Of a stretch of DNA of 64,000 nucleotides, positions 38,101 through 46,032 are shown in pieces. The translations under genes and the position numbers were made by a program. The stretch spans positions 1 to 64,000 of the IMG/VR virus record IMGVR_UViG_2830687482_000006. One strand, written 5' to 3'. Under the pieces are notes generated by a model. It was given only the letters and a program-made list of their open reading frames with translations, did no database searches and was not told the origin of the DNA. The first letter of the stretch is position 1, and each line of letters begins with the position of its first letter. Source of the DNA: a virus. Its lineage: Duplodnaviria > Caudoviricetes.

Positions 38101-38558
38101 CTGCTGGGGCCAAAACTTTGATCTGGCATTACGCAGCTATTCGTCCAGCTACTCAGGCAGAAATCAGAGATCGGACCGTCCTAGCTCCTCTACAAGCAAC
38201 TGTTGCTGTACATTCTGGAGCTATTGCTACTCTGCAAGGTGAAAGCACAGCCTATTGGCAAGTTGAAGGTAATGCTGGCTCTGGTGCGGATTTCTTTATC
38301 AGTGCTAGAGCTAGGTCAGCCTATGGTAGTGCACCTTCAAGTAATGTAAGCTTCGGAGCTAGAGAAATTCACCTCTACAACCCGAGTGGAGCCAACTGGA
38401 AGAAAGCATTATCTATTGAAAATGGCAATGCAGTGTTCTATGGAGAATTGGCTGTAGGGGGAACTTCTGGGGCAAGAACAACCATTAACAAAAACATCAT
38501 TAAAGTATTTGACACTTCGAATGTGGTTCGAATAAAAATTGGAGACTTGAGTCTATAA
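32169..38558 (+). CDS. central tail fibre / host specificity protein TipJ with four jelly-roll-like modules
   Basis: GSKGGGG start, FTTDPAW, FN3-like region, Ala/Ser linkers separating four modules of about 150 aa. Confidence 0.9.
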   Translation: MPRQIIGSKGGGGGSSFVTKPDSLRSNDSFEILLGLGSGRWKGMVDGLKSLKINGVPLENTDGTSNFQDVYAVFADGNPLENQIVNFKLGGGGNSQSVTTQLVNTNTNGPGGWVTGAVSTPNANFIDLRFIVQQLFYQDDKSIRENTATIEVEMRPSGGNWINIFSAPSSQGISYDPDGYDYYEDDGNYNARLYLGRGLFNSNGTGFRASSNPNLKITGKTSSAFAKELRIAVPNKGAYANKTWEVRARLVEKDTIDNDPISERRNIVFETVTAIITEPLGDHPDWDGLVWLQVHGKASDQFSGFPEITSICDTKICQVPGPSVFNPETRAYSPATWDGSFVEAFTTDPAWQIKEFVEDPVHGLAGIYPGSTLDKWDALEASKYFSEQVSDGNGGTHPRFSMNLTINEAKDIDEMMQYLAGSVNSYTEDIGNGVWRFKVDKPETPVMLFTEDNVFGEFQYSHSDIDTRFNDWRGTFLDESLDYETNTVRVFDQADIDQNGTKFTEIALIGCTHPQEALRRLVFRLRVSLNEFRSVIFETNRVGRYLNPLDTILVADGALNPDHLVKSTSRVASYSGTTVNLLRELRLELGVNYTVHFTTTDGEVVSRNITNNSSQRGDVTQLIISSPLPTNIMPQSAVALSAGGLAALPVAYRVISVERSENNEDNYVINAVQIDTGKWAAMDNVSQTDILAQESAIAIGSPTAPAGGLFQLVEYITDTQHKRVLEINWNRPASNFFDGYRVEYRLNNGPWFLANENQKDSFFELQNPEDGTYDFKITALDRRGVQSNPLIGQYVLNGSSYVTPPAHTRGPLTTRPPQGPYDGFRFTVTNANPPVTQVWEDGNWRDEVNLVTEGSQIGVENGATVGMTPAEEATLSQILVDVDDLYTTYGSTASAAASASAAQAYSTIAQTAATNSQTANTNAQSAMTAAQTARNDAITQATNAAGSASTAASSATTATNQANAAAGSATSASASANIATTQAGNAATSATAASTSASSATISATNAGTSAAAAQASAVSASTSALQAAAKNGPSLNYNPHFDQGKEYWFIGPSGTTQTLGTVVSAFQGRANVITGNYLYGYSESIPVTPGNKYELSISFYVANASSRHYLGVVPFDANGVSLTPSSGYYFAFSYSQFPIGWKTTSAINDLSSYPTATHVKIIYLVNYEVHSGTYGVDYIHFNEVTAREAASGSASAAATSASNASISATNAGNSASSALTSATNAASSAGAANTSAGNAATSASQASTSASNAAGSASTASTQATNAANSAGAAAGSASAASGSASTASTQATNAANSATAAQGFSVSASSSATDAIRTVASSMPGDFGEDGRFFAYVYGNETNASRIDQTYPNVSYPIDPVYGRILRFGAPNSGYLNATIRKRISTAVARRYRLTAFVRQNSSSYGALSVYVFIFGLSSDYSTLVYGGHLAETSVPSGEVSFVSNLNGAGVKKVVLDFVPQVGGTAPWLAPGIYFYNNTPGDNYNAGQPDILSMKVEDVTDSYAAAGAASAAATSASQASTSASAAGVSATSASNSANMATAQAGNASTSASAAAGSAANANTSAGNAANSASSAATFSNLAASFKNDVAALEGNLEFNRGFEAWSLNQDGSSPGVLTSGCYVSNSWEGGNYLVAPSNQYLEVYSVKTWDIDPNRTYKISANYGVWANGSPSNTARFYIGFVGLNALGAYVDHGSYGSLRYCITHGAGGGPAVLTDGQRVTPSVLVTGSGNDSWNKFPPGTVKIRLAAFMNYNEGDTSRAVNTYLGYMKVEDVTESLSAASSATAAAGSSVTAAQHAASALSYAVLSANVSRGAINPNPGFDAYPNSTGYPTNWAVYSLDSGYSAVSRVADSNGGWSMRVASSAGSFDSIFQYYSGGLANITPSGWYVVEADVTLESGTLSGTGIWCDCWSAPDIGYSLGAGLSFFSDPDVTGAAPGSGTAGKRYRYAKLIQVTSTTNVMRIYATNNYVGGPFGSTAGAKTLIWHYAAIRPATQAEIRDRTVLAPLQATVAVHSGAIATLQGESTAYWQVEGNAGSGADFFISARARSAYGSAPSSNVSFGAREIHLYNPSGANWKKALSIENGNAVFYGELAVGGTSGARTTINKNIIKVFDTSNVVRIKIGDLSL

Positions 38559-38842
38559 TGGCACACGGAATGCAAATTTTCGATGCAGCAGGAAATCTCA
38601 TGCTGGATACGACTGATAATACTTTGAAGGATATTCTGTCTTACGCCAACGCGGTGGTAACCTCTAATGGAGATATTACGGGGGTCACTAGTTTGACTCC
38701 TGATAGTATCGCTTTAGTTGCAGACAACACTGGGGGTACCATCGATGTCCCTATAGTAGAACCAGATTATCTCAACAACAAGATAAAAGTCTATTATGGA
38801 AACTCTGGATTCGACGCAAGTATTCGAATGATGGAGTTCTAA
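38558..38842 (+). CDS. tail tip accessory protein
   Basis: MAHGMQIFDAAGNLMLD motif typical of genes after TipJ. Confidence 0.7.
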   Translation: MAHGMQIFDAAGNLMLDTTDNTLKDILSYANAVVTSNGDITGVTSLTPDSIALVADNTGGTIDVPIVEPDYLNNKIKVYYGNSGFDASIRMMEF

Positions 38843-39525
38843 TGGCTTACGGAGCAGAATTTTACAACGACTCAGGGAAGGTTCAGCTTTCTTCGGAAGT
38901 CTCCAATTTTTATATGGCTGAAAAAGGAACTATAACTCTTTCAACTTCCACCAGCACGATCACAATAACACCAACAGTTTCTTACGATGCCATAGCTTTG
39001 GTAATCGAGGGAGGAACTATTATTCCCGGAGAGATGTATGCAACCACAGTAGCCGCTAATACTTCCAAGACCTTTACAGTTCGGGGTACTTCGGCAACTG
39101 GTAGCGGCCCCTCAGGAGCGGTAATTAAATGGTACGCCTTTAGAAGTTATCGACATCTTTCTCCCGCAACAACCGGACATGGCATGGAAATCTATACTAG
39201 CACGGGGCAAGTGGCTTTCTCTTCTCTTTATCCTCAAATAATGAAGGGGTTCAAGATTCCAATCTCAAGCGCAAGCACCTTGGACACACCTTTGGACTCT
39301 TCGAAAACTTATGCCTTTATCAGTTATGGTACTAGTAGAGGAATAGGAACCTATAGTGAGCCTATGGGAGGAGGAGCAACTCTCACTGGTAACAGAAATC
39401 TGATGACTATCAAAACCTCTTCTTCAAATATAAGAGTAATCTTTTCTTCCCCCAGAACGTCACCAGCAGCTTTTCCTGCCGCATTTTCTGGAGGTTTGAT
39501 AGCCCTTGATGTTACAAATTATTGA
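38842..39525 (+). CDS. tail tip accessory protein
   Basis: two YG(A/M)E(F/I)Y...G(K/Q)V repeats. Confidence 0.7.
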   Translation: MAYGAEFYNDSGKVQLSSEVSNFYMAEKGTITLSTSTSTITITPTVSYDAIALVIEGGTIIPGEMYATTVAANTSKTFTVRGTSATGSGPSGAVIKWYAFRSYRHLSPATTGHGMEIYTSTGQVAFSSLYPQIMKGFKIPISSASTLDTPLDSSKTYAFISYGTSRGIGTYSEPMGGGATLTGNRNLMTIKTSSSNIRVIFSSPRTSPAAFPAAFSGGLIALDVTNY

Positions 39526-39877
39526 AATCCTTGGTAAAGGTAGAGGAGTAATTTCAACAGAGGCTATTTCTCAAGACTCAGAAATTGCAAGGTATGAGCT
39601 ACTGATCTTAAATGAAATGACCGAGCAATTAAGACTGTATTCTTACCCCTACCCCTTTGATCTAAATGGCTTTTTTGAAGATGATTCTGGCCGATTTTGT
39701 TTAGCTTTAGGAGAAGCAACTCTCTTGAACACCTCGGCAGACCCAAACGTACAATGGGAAATAACTCCAGAGTTTCTGATAATTCGAGCAAAAAAAGCAA
39801 TTAAAGCTGGAAAAGAGTTGACAATCTCATATGGCTTCTCTAAGGAGGAAATTGATCAGAAAGGATGGATCACATGA
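39506..39877 (+). CDS. SET domain protein (lysine methyltransferase-like)
   Basis: GKGRGVI, LLNTSADPN (NHS variant), IKAGKELTISYG. Confidence 0.8.
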   Translation: MMLQIIEILGKGRGVISTEAISQDSEIARYELLILNEMTEQLRLYSYPYPFDLNGFFEDDSGRFCLALGEATLLNTSADPNVQWEITPEFLIIRAKKAIKAGKELTISYGFSKEEIDQKGWIT

Positions 39878-40227
39878 AATATTTTGCAATCTTACTAGCC
39901 TTATTGGCTACTTCTGCTTATGCCTCTCAAAGAGTAGCTAAAGATTATTTCCACTGGGGTAAACCCGAATTCACTAATTCAAAAGTTCAAGTAGAAGTCA
40001 TTTATGTAGAATCTAGAAAAGAGCTTCTTGAACTCTTAATTGCTAAAGGTGGCTCCAATGAAAAGCGAGACGGAGAAAGTAAGCCTCCCAAATTGAACGC
40101 TTTCTCTATAGTTCGCAAGAATAAAGCCACATGCACAATTTACACTCTTAACCCTAAAGTAGAGTATAAGCCAGAGTTTTTGGGCCATGAAATGTTTCAT
40201 TGTCTTCATGGACGTTGGCACGATTAA
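39865..40227 (+). CDS. secreted protein with HExxH motif
   Basis: signal-like MKYFAILLALLATSAYA; FLGHEMFHCLHG. Confidence 0.65.
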   Translation: MDHMKYFAILLALLATSAYASQRVAKDYFHWGKPEFTNSKVQVEVIYVESRKELLELLIAKGGSNEKRDGESKPPKLNAFSIVRKNKATCTIYTLNPKVEYKPEFLGHEMFHCLHGRWHD

Positions 40228-40721
40228 AGGAGAATAAGATGCAGTTACCATTGATTAAACTACAACAATCTAATGAGCAGCCGCTTTATGTAAGTCCAGC
40301 CGATATTTTGGTGTTGGAGTCGGCTACCAAGCAGGAGAAAAAAGAAGATAAAGCTCACTCCAGTAGTGTTCTTTTTGGTTCGGAAAACAACTTGACTTAC
40401 GCTCGCCTGAATATCCCATTCGCTAGACTGAAAAAAATGGCTGGTAATAGGCCAAGAATTTCTTTGACTGCTGTTCCTGCTGATCAAGATTCAGGCCCAG
40501 AGAATGATCGAGAAATGTTAGTGCCAGTTGAGTGGGTGAGATCAATCGTGGGCATTACTGACCATAAGCGAGCAGCATCTCGGGTGTCGATTTCTTTCCC
40601 TCAAGGAATTCAATCTATTCCTGTAACCAACTCGGCGGAAGATATCTATGAGGCTATTTCTGCTGAAACCCCTCAACTTCCAGAAATCCCAGAAGGAGTA
40701 ACAGAAGATGGCGAAGAATGA
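40200..40721 (+). CDS. hypothetical protein, possible tandem FlbD-like domains
   Basis: LIKLQQSNEQPLYVSPADI and SIPVTNSAEDIYEAI segments; likely start at MQLPL. Confidence 0.55.
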   Translation: MSSWTLARLKENKMQLPLIKLQQSNEQPLYVSPADILVLESATKQEKKEDKAHSSSVLFGSENNLTYARLNIPFARLKKMAGNRPRISLTAVPADQDSGPENDREMLVPVEWVRSIVGITDHKRAASRVSISFPQGIQSIPVTNSAEDIYEAISAETPQLPEIPEGVTEDGEE

Positions 40722-41004
40722 TACTGCAATTATTGAGGACCCACAAGAAGTAGAAGCCCTAAGGGTTAGGCTAACTGCTCACGAAACAGCAGTGGCTATG
40801 AAAGCTAGAGAAGAAAGAGCTGCTCAGGTTGAGCCTCTGAATAAGTTTCTTGCAGCTGAATCTACAAAAGAGTTTTTTGACACTATAGATAAGCTGCCAA
40901 AAGACTTAGATAATGATTCTGAGGTCGGGAGTTTGATTCAAGTTCTTCGAAGCACGAAAAGAGTTTTTGATAATTTGAGTTCTTATCCCTCACTACAAAA
41001 ATAA
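40708..41004 (+). CDS. hypothetical protein
   Basis: 98-aa helical ORF coupled to upstream gene. Confidence 0.7.
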   Translation: MAKNDTAIIEDPQEVEALRVRLTAHETAVAMKAREERAAQVEPLNKFLAAESTKEFFDTIDKLPKDLDNDSEVGSLIQVLRSTKRVFDNLSSYPSLQK

Positions 41005-41030
41005 AAAAGGCCCCTAACGGGGCCTTTTTT
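41003..41030. terminator. bidirectional intrinsic terminator
   Basis: AAAAAAGGCCCC-TAAC-GGGGCCTTTTTT between convergent modules. Confidence 0.9.
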
Positions 41031-41536
41031 TATTTATTGAATTTTCCTGTTTTCTGGAAGTTTGAAATCATTTCTCCCACCCTACCAGCTCGGGGCCGAT
41101 CATCATGAAGCATTTGATTCTCCTCGGCATCTATAAGAATAGCGCAAGAAGCCATGATGTGTGCAAGGTGACTCATACCGGATTCTGGGTCTACGCTCTC
41201 GCCATCCTGCCAAGATAATAGGTGACGACCTATGGCATCAACATAAGTTTCAGCCGGGACCGGTGTCTCCCTCCAATTGAAAGGTCCATATTTCTTAGCT
41301 CCAACTCGCATAACTTCTCCCAGATGAAGCAAGGCTGCGGTAGGAATAACACTGAACAGTGAAGGTTTTTTAGCGCCTGCCGCAGTTTTAGGATTCACAG
41401 CAGTCTGACCAGCTATAGAGGTCTCAGCAGGGAAAGTAACTGATAGATTTTGTTGAGTACTCTTATAAGCCGATACAGCGGCTCCAGTTGTGCTCGGGAT
41501 TACTTCATCTCTATCCATGTTAATTTCTCCGTCCAA
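41030..41536 (-). CDS. dATP/dGTP diphosphohydrolase domain protein (DUF5664)
   Basis: GAKKYGPFNWR, AIGRHL, DPESGMSHLAH. Confidence 0.85.
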   Translation of the reverse strand: MDGEINMDRDEVIPSTTGAAVSAYKSTQQNLSVTFPAETSIAGQTAVNPKTAAGAKKPSLFSVIPTAALLHLGEVMRVGAKKYGPFNWRETPVPAETYVDAIGRHLLSWQDGESVDPESGMSHLAHIMASCAILIDAEENQMLHDDRPRAGRVGEMISNFQKTGKFNK

Positions 41537-42317
41537 ATTCTTTCAATTCGCTAAGAAGCGAAGGATTACCGCTCAATATTTCCTCTAACTCATAATTATC
41601 CAACATTCTTTCAGCCAAAAATGTTGCTGCGTCTCTACTCAAAACCACTCGGTTCTGGATATGATTTTCGAACGCCGTAACTGCTATAGGAAAATGAGCT
41701 TTTAGCATCCTATGAATAGCCTCAGCATAAACTCGAATCTCATACTGAGCATGGCTATCTTCTCTTAAAAGAAGAAAGTGCATCAGATTATGAAGATCAA
41801 TTTTCCAGCGAACCTTAGTATAATAATTTACTGGAAGAACTGCTCTTGCCAGCTCTCGGGTCAATCCAAGGTCTAGTAGTTTTTTGTACTCACTGTAAGC
41901 TCCAATTGATTGATTATAAATTCGATGGCGAATTTCTTGAGCTACCATGATATCCAAAGATTCTGCCGAACCTTGTTTGTTAAAAGTACTCTGAGCTTGA
42001 CATCTTTCAGGCTCTGGAACATAAAACACATCCATAGCTTCTGTATATCGCATGGAGAATTCGTTAAACGCTCCAGTTCTATGTCTCATCCACTGACGAG
42101 CAACGAAAATAGGCATGGCTATTTCCATGACTACTCCACCGAATTCAATTGGACTTGTATGCCTATCCCTAACTAATCTAGTAACCAGATTAGCGTCTTT
42201 TTGGGGGTCTCCTGAGGATTGAGTAGAGGTTCTAGCAGTTTGAGCTAAGAACTCGTCGTCCCCATCAATTCGGACAAAATCCACGTAACCATGATCTAAT
42301 ACCTTTATAGCCGTCAT
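41520..42317 (-). CDS. thyX: flavin-dependent thymidylate synthase
   Basis: HTSPIEF, QWMRHRTGAFNEFSMRY, RELARAVLP, HAQYEIR. Confidence 0.95.
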   Translation of the reverse strand: MTAIKVLDHGYVDFVRIDGDDEFLAQTARTSTQSSGDPQKDANLVTRLVRDRHTSPIEFGGVVMEIAMPIFVARQWMRHRTGAFNEFSMRYTEAMDVFYVPEPERCQAQSTFNKQGSAESLDIMVAQEIRHRIYNQSIGAYSEYKKLLDLGLTRELARAVLPVNYYTKVRWKIDLHNLMHFLLLREDSHAQYEIRVYAEAIHRMLKAHFPIAVTAFENHIQNRVVLSRDAATFLAERMLDNYELEEILSGNPSLLSELKEFGRRN

Positions 42318-42707
42318 TTATGCCTCCGTCTTTAGATCAAAATAACCCGGTCGTGGCTTTCTAACAATCCGGGGGAAAGAATAAAGCAATATGTAGGGAC
42401 CATCTCGGCCCGTACCGAGTTCATGTGTACCTGCTTCAAATGCTTTTCGAGCCGCCGCAACCTCGGGAATTTCATTATTCCAAGTTTCAGTAGATGGCAT
42501 GCGTCCAACTAGGAATTTTCTCTTTTCTGGGTTTCCATAACCATCCCAACGACACTCACTAGTATCCAATTTTGGTGCAGTAGGGAGGTTGTCAATGACT
42601 TTTTTGACGTGGCTAACCTGCACTCCCAAGCTTTTGGCAGTCTTATACAGCGAGCCGTGTTTGGAATATTCTTCTAGAATATCCTTATCTATTTCTAGGT
42701 CAGCCAT
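42318..42707 (-). CDS. hypothetical protein with N-terminal HTH-like segment
   Basis: SLYKTAKSLGVQVSHVKKV. Confidence 0.6.
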   Translation of the reverse strand: MADLEIDKDILEEYSKHGSLYKTAKSLGVQVSHVKKVIDNLPTAPKLDTSECRWDGYGNPEKRKFLVGRMPSTETWNNEIPEVAAARKAFEAGTHELGTGRDGPYILLYSFPRIVRKPRPGYFDLKTEA

Positions 42708-44530
42708 ATGACCTCATCTCCTTCAAATTCTTTATGGGTTATAACGATAATTTGTTTCAAGCGAGACTTGAGTTTTTGAAGACTTTCATAAGTTGCCTTG
42801 GTTCTTTTCTCTGCCATGTTAGCGTCGATCTCATCAGCAAGAAAAAATGGTATCACTGATTGAGTTAGAACCTGACCCAGAGCAACCCTCAGAGCCAAGT
42901 TTACGACTGAAACACCTGAGCCTGATAGGGTACGAACGTGCTGCTTGTCAACATAAATTTCAAAATCATCGTCAATTATTATATTACGACGATTTCCATC
43001 AGTCATTTCTTCTAGTAAACCGCTAGATACCTTAGATAAGGCTGGAACAATATATTGCTTTATCTCACTGCGAATTTTTTTTAGGGCTTCGCTACCTCTT
43101 TTGTAACCATCCCGAGCTGCTTCTGCCTCAGCTATTTGTAGCTCTTGAGCCACATAAAATTCCAGAGTAGCTTCGTATTTTCCAAGTAGGGCTTCATATC
43201 GGATAGCCATGTCCAATTTCTCCCTAAGAAGGGGTTCTGGAGCAGGTAAGTTATCTATCTCGGCCTTCTTCTCTAGATAGTTTTCATATGGAATAAGTTG
43301 AGTTTCATAAACGATCAGACTTTCTTGATATTTTTGTAAGGCAGCAACATCCTCACTACAGTCGACCAATTCTGGTCCTAAACTATTAAGCTGATTAAGA
43401 AGGACCTGCCTCTCAGAATCAGCCTCCAAAGCTGCTTTTGCTTCTTTTAGCTCTCTCAAACCTAAGGGAGATATAGGTAAACTATCGTCATAGTTGTAGC
43501 CAGCCCAAGCTGCTTGGGCTTGTCTCTCGTCAGCGATTTCCTCTTTACTCAGCGGGGGAAGCTCGGGTAACTCTTCACCAACAACTATGGACCCACAGTT
43601 GTCACACTTTATTATTTTGCCTGCTTTAGACAATTGAATATGGGCATGATACCAAGATTCCAATTCTTTTGGAGTGTATCCTCTAGGATAATTTCCTCGG
43701 GCTTTTTGAGCCAAAGAGAGGGCAAATAATTCTAGCTCTTTAAGTGAATATGGATGATGAATTTCAGGGAGATTACTCAATCTATTTTTCAAATCTTTCC
43801 TAATAGCTTGATCTATCTCAAAAAGGCGATTATCCCTTAATACGGACAAACTCACCTCAGGTTTGTCTGGGCAGATTGGAGGCTGTAGGGGTTTTAGAGA
43901 GGATCGTAAAGCCTCATTATGAATTTCTTTGTCTAATCTTGCTCGGAGAGTTTCCGAAGCCTCATAATCATCAGGTTTTTCAGGCTCATCAAGTTCGATA
44001 ATTTGTGAACTTAAAGTTTCTGCGAGTTTTTTGAAGCTGTTTGATTCGCTTCGACACTCTTTTTCTACCTCTTCAAACTGGTCTAATCCTATAACCCTAT
44101 CTACCATTTCTCTGCGTTGGGCAGGTTTCATGTCCTTAGTGAGTTTATCCAATTCTCCTTGTTGAGCGTTAGCGCAAATATCAAAGACTTCCAAATTAAA
44201 TCCTAATAGACTAACAATGAAGTCATTAACCGAACTGGCACCTACGGCTTCGTTTATATTTACAGTAGCTTTGTTACCTTTTCTAATGATAGTGTAATCT
44301 CTACCCTTAATTTCAAGGATAAGTTTTACCTCAAGTGTATCATAATCGCTCCTGTTAGAGCGAAGGGCAGCACTACCAAATAATGCGTATCTGATCATCT
44401 CGAAAACGAAGGATTTTCCTGCCTCATTTTCGCCTCTCAATACGGTTATGCCCGGTTTGAAATTTAGCTGGTTTTTCAAGGTTCGACCTGTGCTATTAAA
44501 GGTCGCAAGGTAAGTCAGTTTTTTTATCAT
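42695..44530 (-). CDS. SbcC/Rad50-like (gp46-like) ATPase
   Basis: GENEAGKS, CDNC hook, LSGSG signature, FFLADE, VITH; likely start MIKKL at 44530. Confidence 0.9.
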   Translation of the reverse strand: MIKKLTYLATFNSTGRTLKNQLNFKPGITVLRGENEAGKSFVFEMIRYALFGSAALRSNRSDYDTLEVKLILEIKGRDYTIIRKGNKATVNINEAVGASSVNDFIVSLLGFNLEVFDICANAQQGELDKLTKDMKPAQRREMVDRVIGLDQFEEVEKECRSESNSFKKLAETLSSQIIELDEPEKPDDYEASETLRARLDKEIHNEALRSSLKPLQPPICPDKPEVSLSVLRDNRLFEIDQAIRKDLKNRLSNLPEIHHPYSLKELELFALSLAQKARGNYPRGYTPKELESWYHAHIQLSKAGKIIKCDNCGSIVVGEELPELPPLSKEEIADERQAQAAWAGYNYDDSLPISPLGLRELKEAKAALEADSERQVLLNQLNSLGPELVDCSEDVAALQKYQESLIVYETQLIPYENYLEKKAEIDNLPAPEPLLREKLDMAIRYEALLGKYEATLEFYVAQELQIAEAEAARDGYKRGSEALKKIRSEIKQYIVPALSKVSSGLLEEMTDGNRRNIIIDDDFEIYVDKQHVRTLSGSGVSVVNLALRVALGQVLTQSVIPFFLADEIDANMAEKRTKATYESLQKLKSRLKQIIVITHKEFEGDEVIWLT

Positions 44531-44566
44531 CCTGACTTCATAATTAGACCGGGGGCGCATGTCAAT

Positions 44567-44866
44567 ATGGAAAAAAAGTATCCTAATTGGGTAGAATACT
44601 TCGTCAAACTGGCAAGACCCGGCTCAATGGTAGCTATGTTTGCTCTTCTGATTTTGGGTGGACTTCTATTCGCTGCGGTTGAATTTTTTTCTCCCGGCTC
44701 AGGACAAAGAGCATCAGAAGTTTTTACCGGGACTTTGACAAGTTTTCCGATAGCCTACTATGAGACCCTACAGTGGATGTTCGGCGCTTATGTTCTCGGT
44801 CGTTCTGGCCAAGAGATTGCCAAATCCTTGGTGACGAATAAGAAAGAGACGAGTGAAGATGTCTGA
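44567..44866 (+). CDS. putative holin
   Basis: two hydrophobic helices; MFGAYVLGRSGQEIAK pattern. Confidence 0.65.
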   Translation: MEKKYPNWVEYFVKLARPGSMVAMFALLILGGLLFAAVEFFSPGSGQRASEVFTGTLTSFPIAYYETLQWMFGAYVLGRSGQEIAKSLVTNKKETSEDV

Positions 44867-45224
44867 GTTTTTATTGATGGACGTAAAAGGGAGCCTAATT
44901 GCTATCCTTCTGGCAGCGTTATTTACAGTCTTGGGAATTTGGATAAAGGGTTGGCTATCTAATAGTGGTAATATTGCTGTAGCCAAAATCAATGCCCATG
45001 TGTCACTTGGCGAGCAAGCTATGCAAGTCATGACAGCAGCTATGGAAGCTCTCAAAGATGAGAACCACAATCTGAAAAATACTATTAGTCAGATGAATAG
45101 CCAGATGGAGCGCATCATCGAGTATATTTTAATGATGATGAAAGCCGAGACGCAGAGTGAAGCAGATGATGCCGTTAGAAGATTGGAACAATATCTAAAA
45201 TCAATTGGACGATGGGCATACTAG
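44853..45224 (+). CDS. membrane-anchored coiled-coil protein (i-spanin candidate)
   Basis: N-terminal TM helix then heptad-rich region. Confidence 0.5.
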   Translation: MKMSEFLLMDVKGSLIAILLAALFTVLGIWIKGWLSNSGNIAVAKINAHVSLGEQAMQVMTAAMEALKDENHNLKNTISQMNSQMERIIEYILMMMKAETQSEADDAVRRLEQYLKSIGRWAY

Positions 45225-45272
45225 ACAAAGTAGTTTACATCTGCTACGAAGAATCATTGAAAGGAGTTCAAA

Positions 45273-45635
45273 ATGAAACGATTTATTTTGCTTACACTAC
45301 CTATCGCTTTGGTAGCTTGCACGCCCACTGGAATTACGAGTATTCCCCCTAGCCCTCAGGCTGTAGCTGAGACAACTATTCTTGATGAGCAGGCAGCTCT
45401 TGGTGTAGAGCTGGCATATCAAGCCGCAGCCCTAGCTGCTTTGACTGCTATGAAGAGTGGTCTGGTGGATGCAAAGACTAAAGTGGAAATTGCTAAAGCC
45501 GACACTTTTGCCTATGCACAAGTTCAGAAGGTTAGAGCAGCTTATGATGCTGGCAATTCTGCATCCTATGCTCAGACGCTACCAGTTGCGCGTACTGCTG
45601 TGGGATCGCTACTAGCTCTAGTGAAAGGTAAGTAA
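45273..45635 (+). CDS. lipoprotein (o-spanin candidate)
   Basis: signal peptide with LVAC lipobox. Confidence 0.6.
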   Translation: MKRFILLTLPIALVACTPTGITSIPPSPQAVAETTILDEQAALGVELAYQAAALAALTAMKSGLVDAKTKVEIAKADTFAYAQVQKVRAAYDAGNSASYAQTLPVARTAVGSLLALVKGK

Positions 45636-45636
45636 T

Positions 45637-45828
45637 ATGATTGATATTGGTAAAATCATCCACCTTGTGGAAACAGCAGTCAACATCACTCCTGAATTCT
45701 TGAAGCTTGGTGATGAGGTTGTAAAAATGGTCAAAGGCAAAGATCAGAAAGCACTGCAAACTGCTTTGGCTGATGCTCGAAAGCGATCAGATTCGCTTCA
45801 TAATCAAATTCAAAGCGAAGTCAAATAA
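45637..45828 (+). CDS. small hypothetical protein (lysis cassette)
   Basis: 63 aa, coupled to lipoprotein gene. Confidence 0.6.
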   Translation: MIDIGKIIHLVETAVNITPEFLKLGDEVVKMVKGKDQKALQTALADARKRSDSLHNQIQSEVK

Positions 45829-45831
45829 AAG

Positions 45832-46032
45832 TCACTCTGGTTTCTCGGGAGGATTAAACCACTTCAAGAGAAGGTGGTCGGAAGCTTGAATAAGAAAAAG
45901 AGCTACCATTCCCCCGAGAAACCATTTAGATATCAGGATAAATTGCTCTCTTAACATACTTTGATCAATGGTTGTAAATATCATTACAACTAAGGCAATC
46001 ATCAAAGCTCGAACTGCGTTAATCATCAACAT
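45832..46032 (-). CDS. small membrane protein
   Basis: 66 aa with two hydrophobic segments. Confidence 0.55.
   Translation of the reverse strand: MLMINAVRALMIALVVMIFTTIDQSMLREQFILISKWFLGGMVALFLIQASDHLLLKWFNPPEKPE

Noticed and set aside
32169-38558. Diversity-generating retroelement or invertase acting on TipJ
   Set aside because: No reverse transcriptase, no template/variable repeat pair with A-specific mismatches, no recombinase in window
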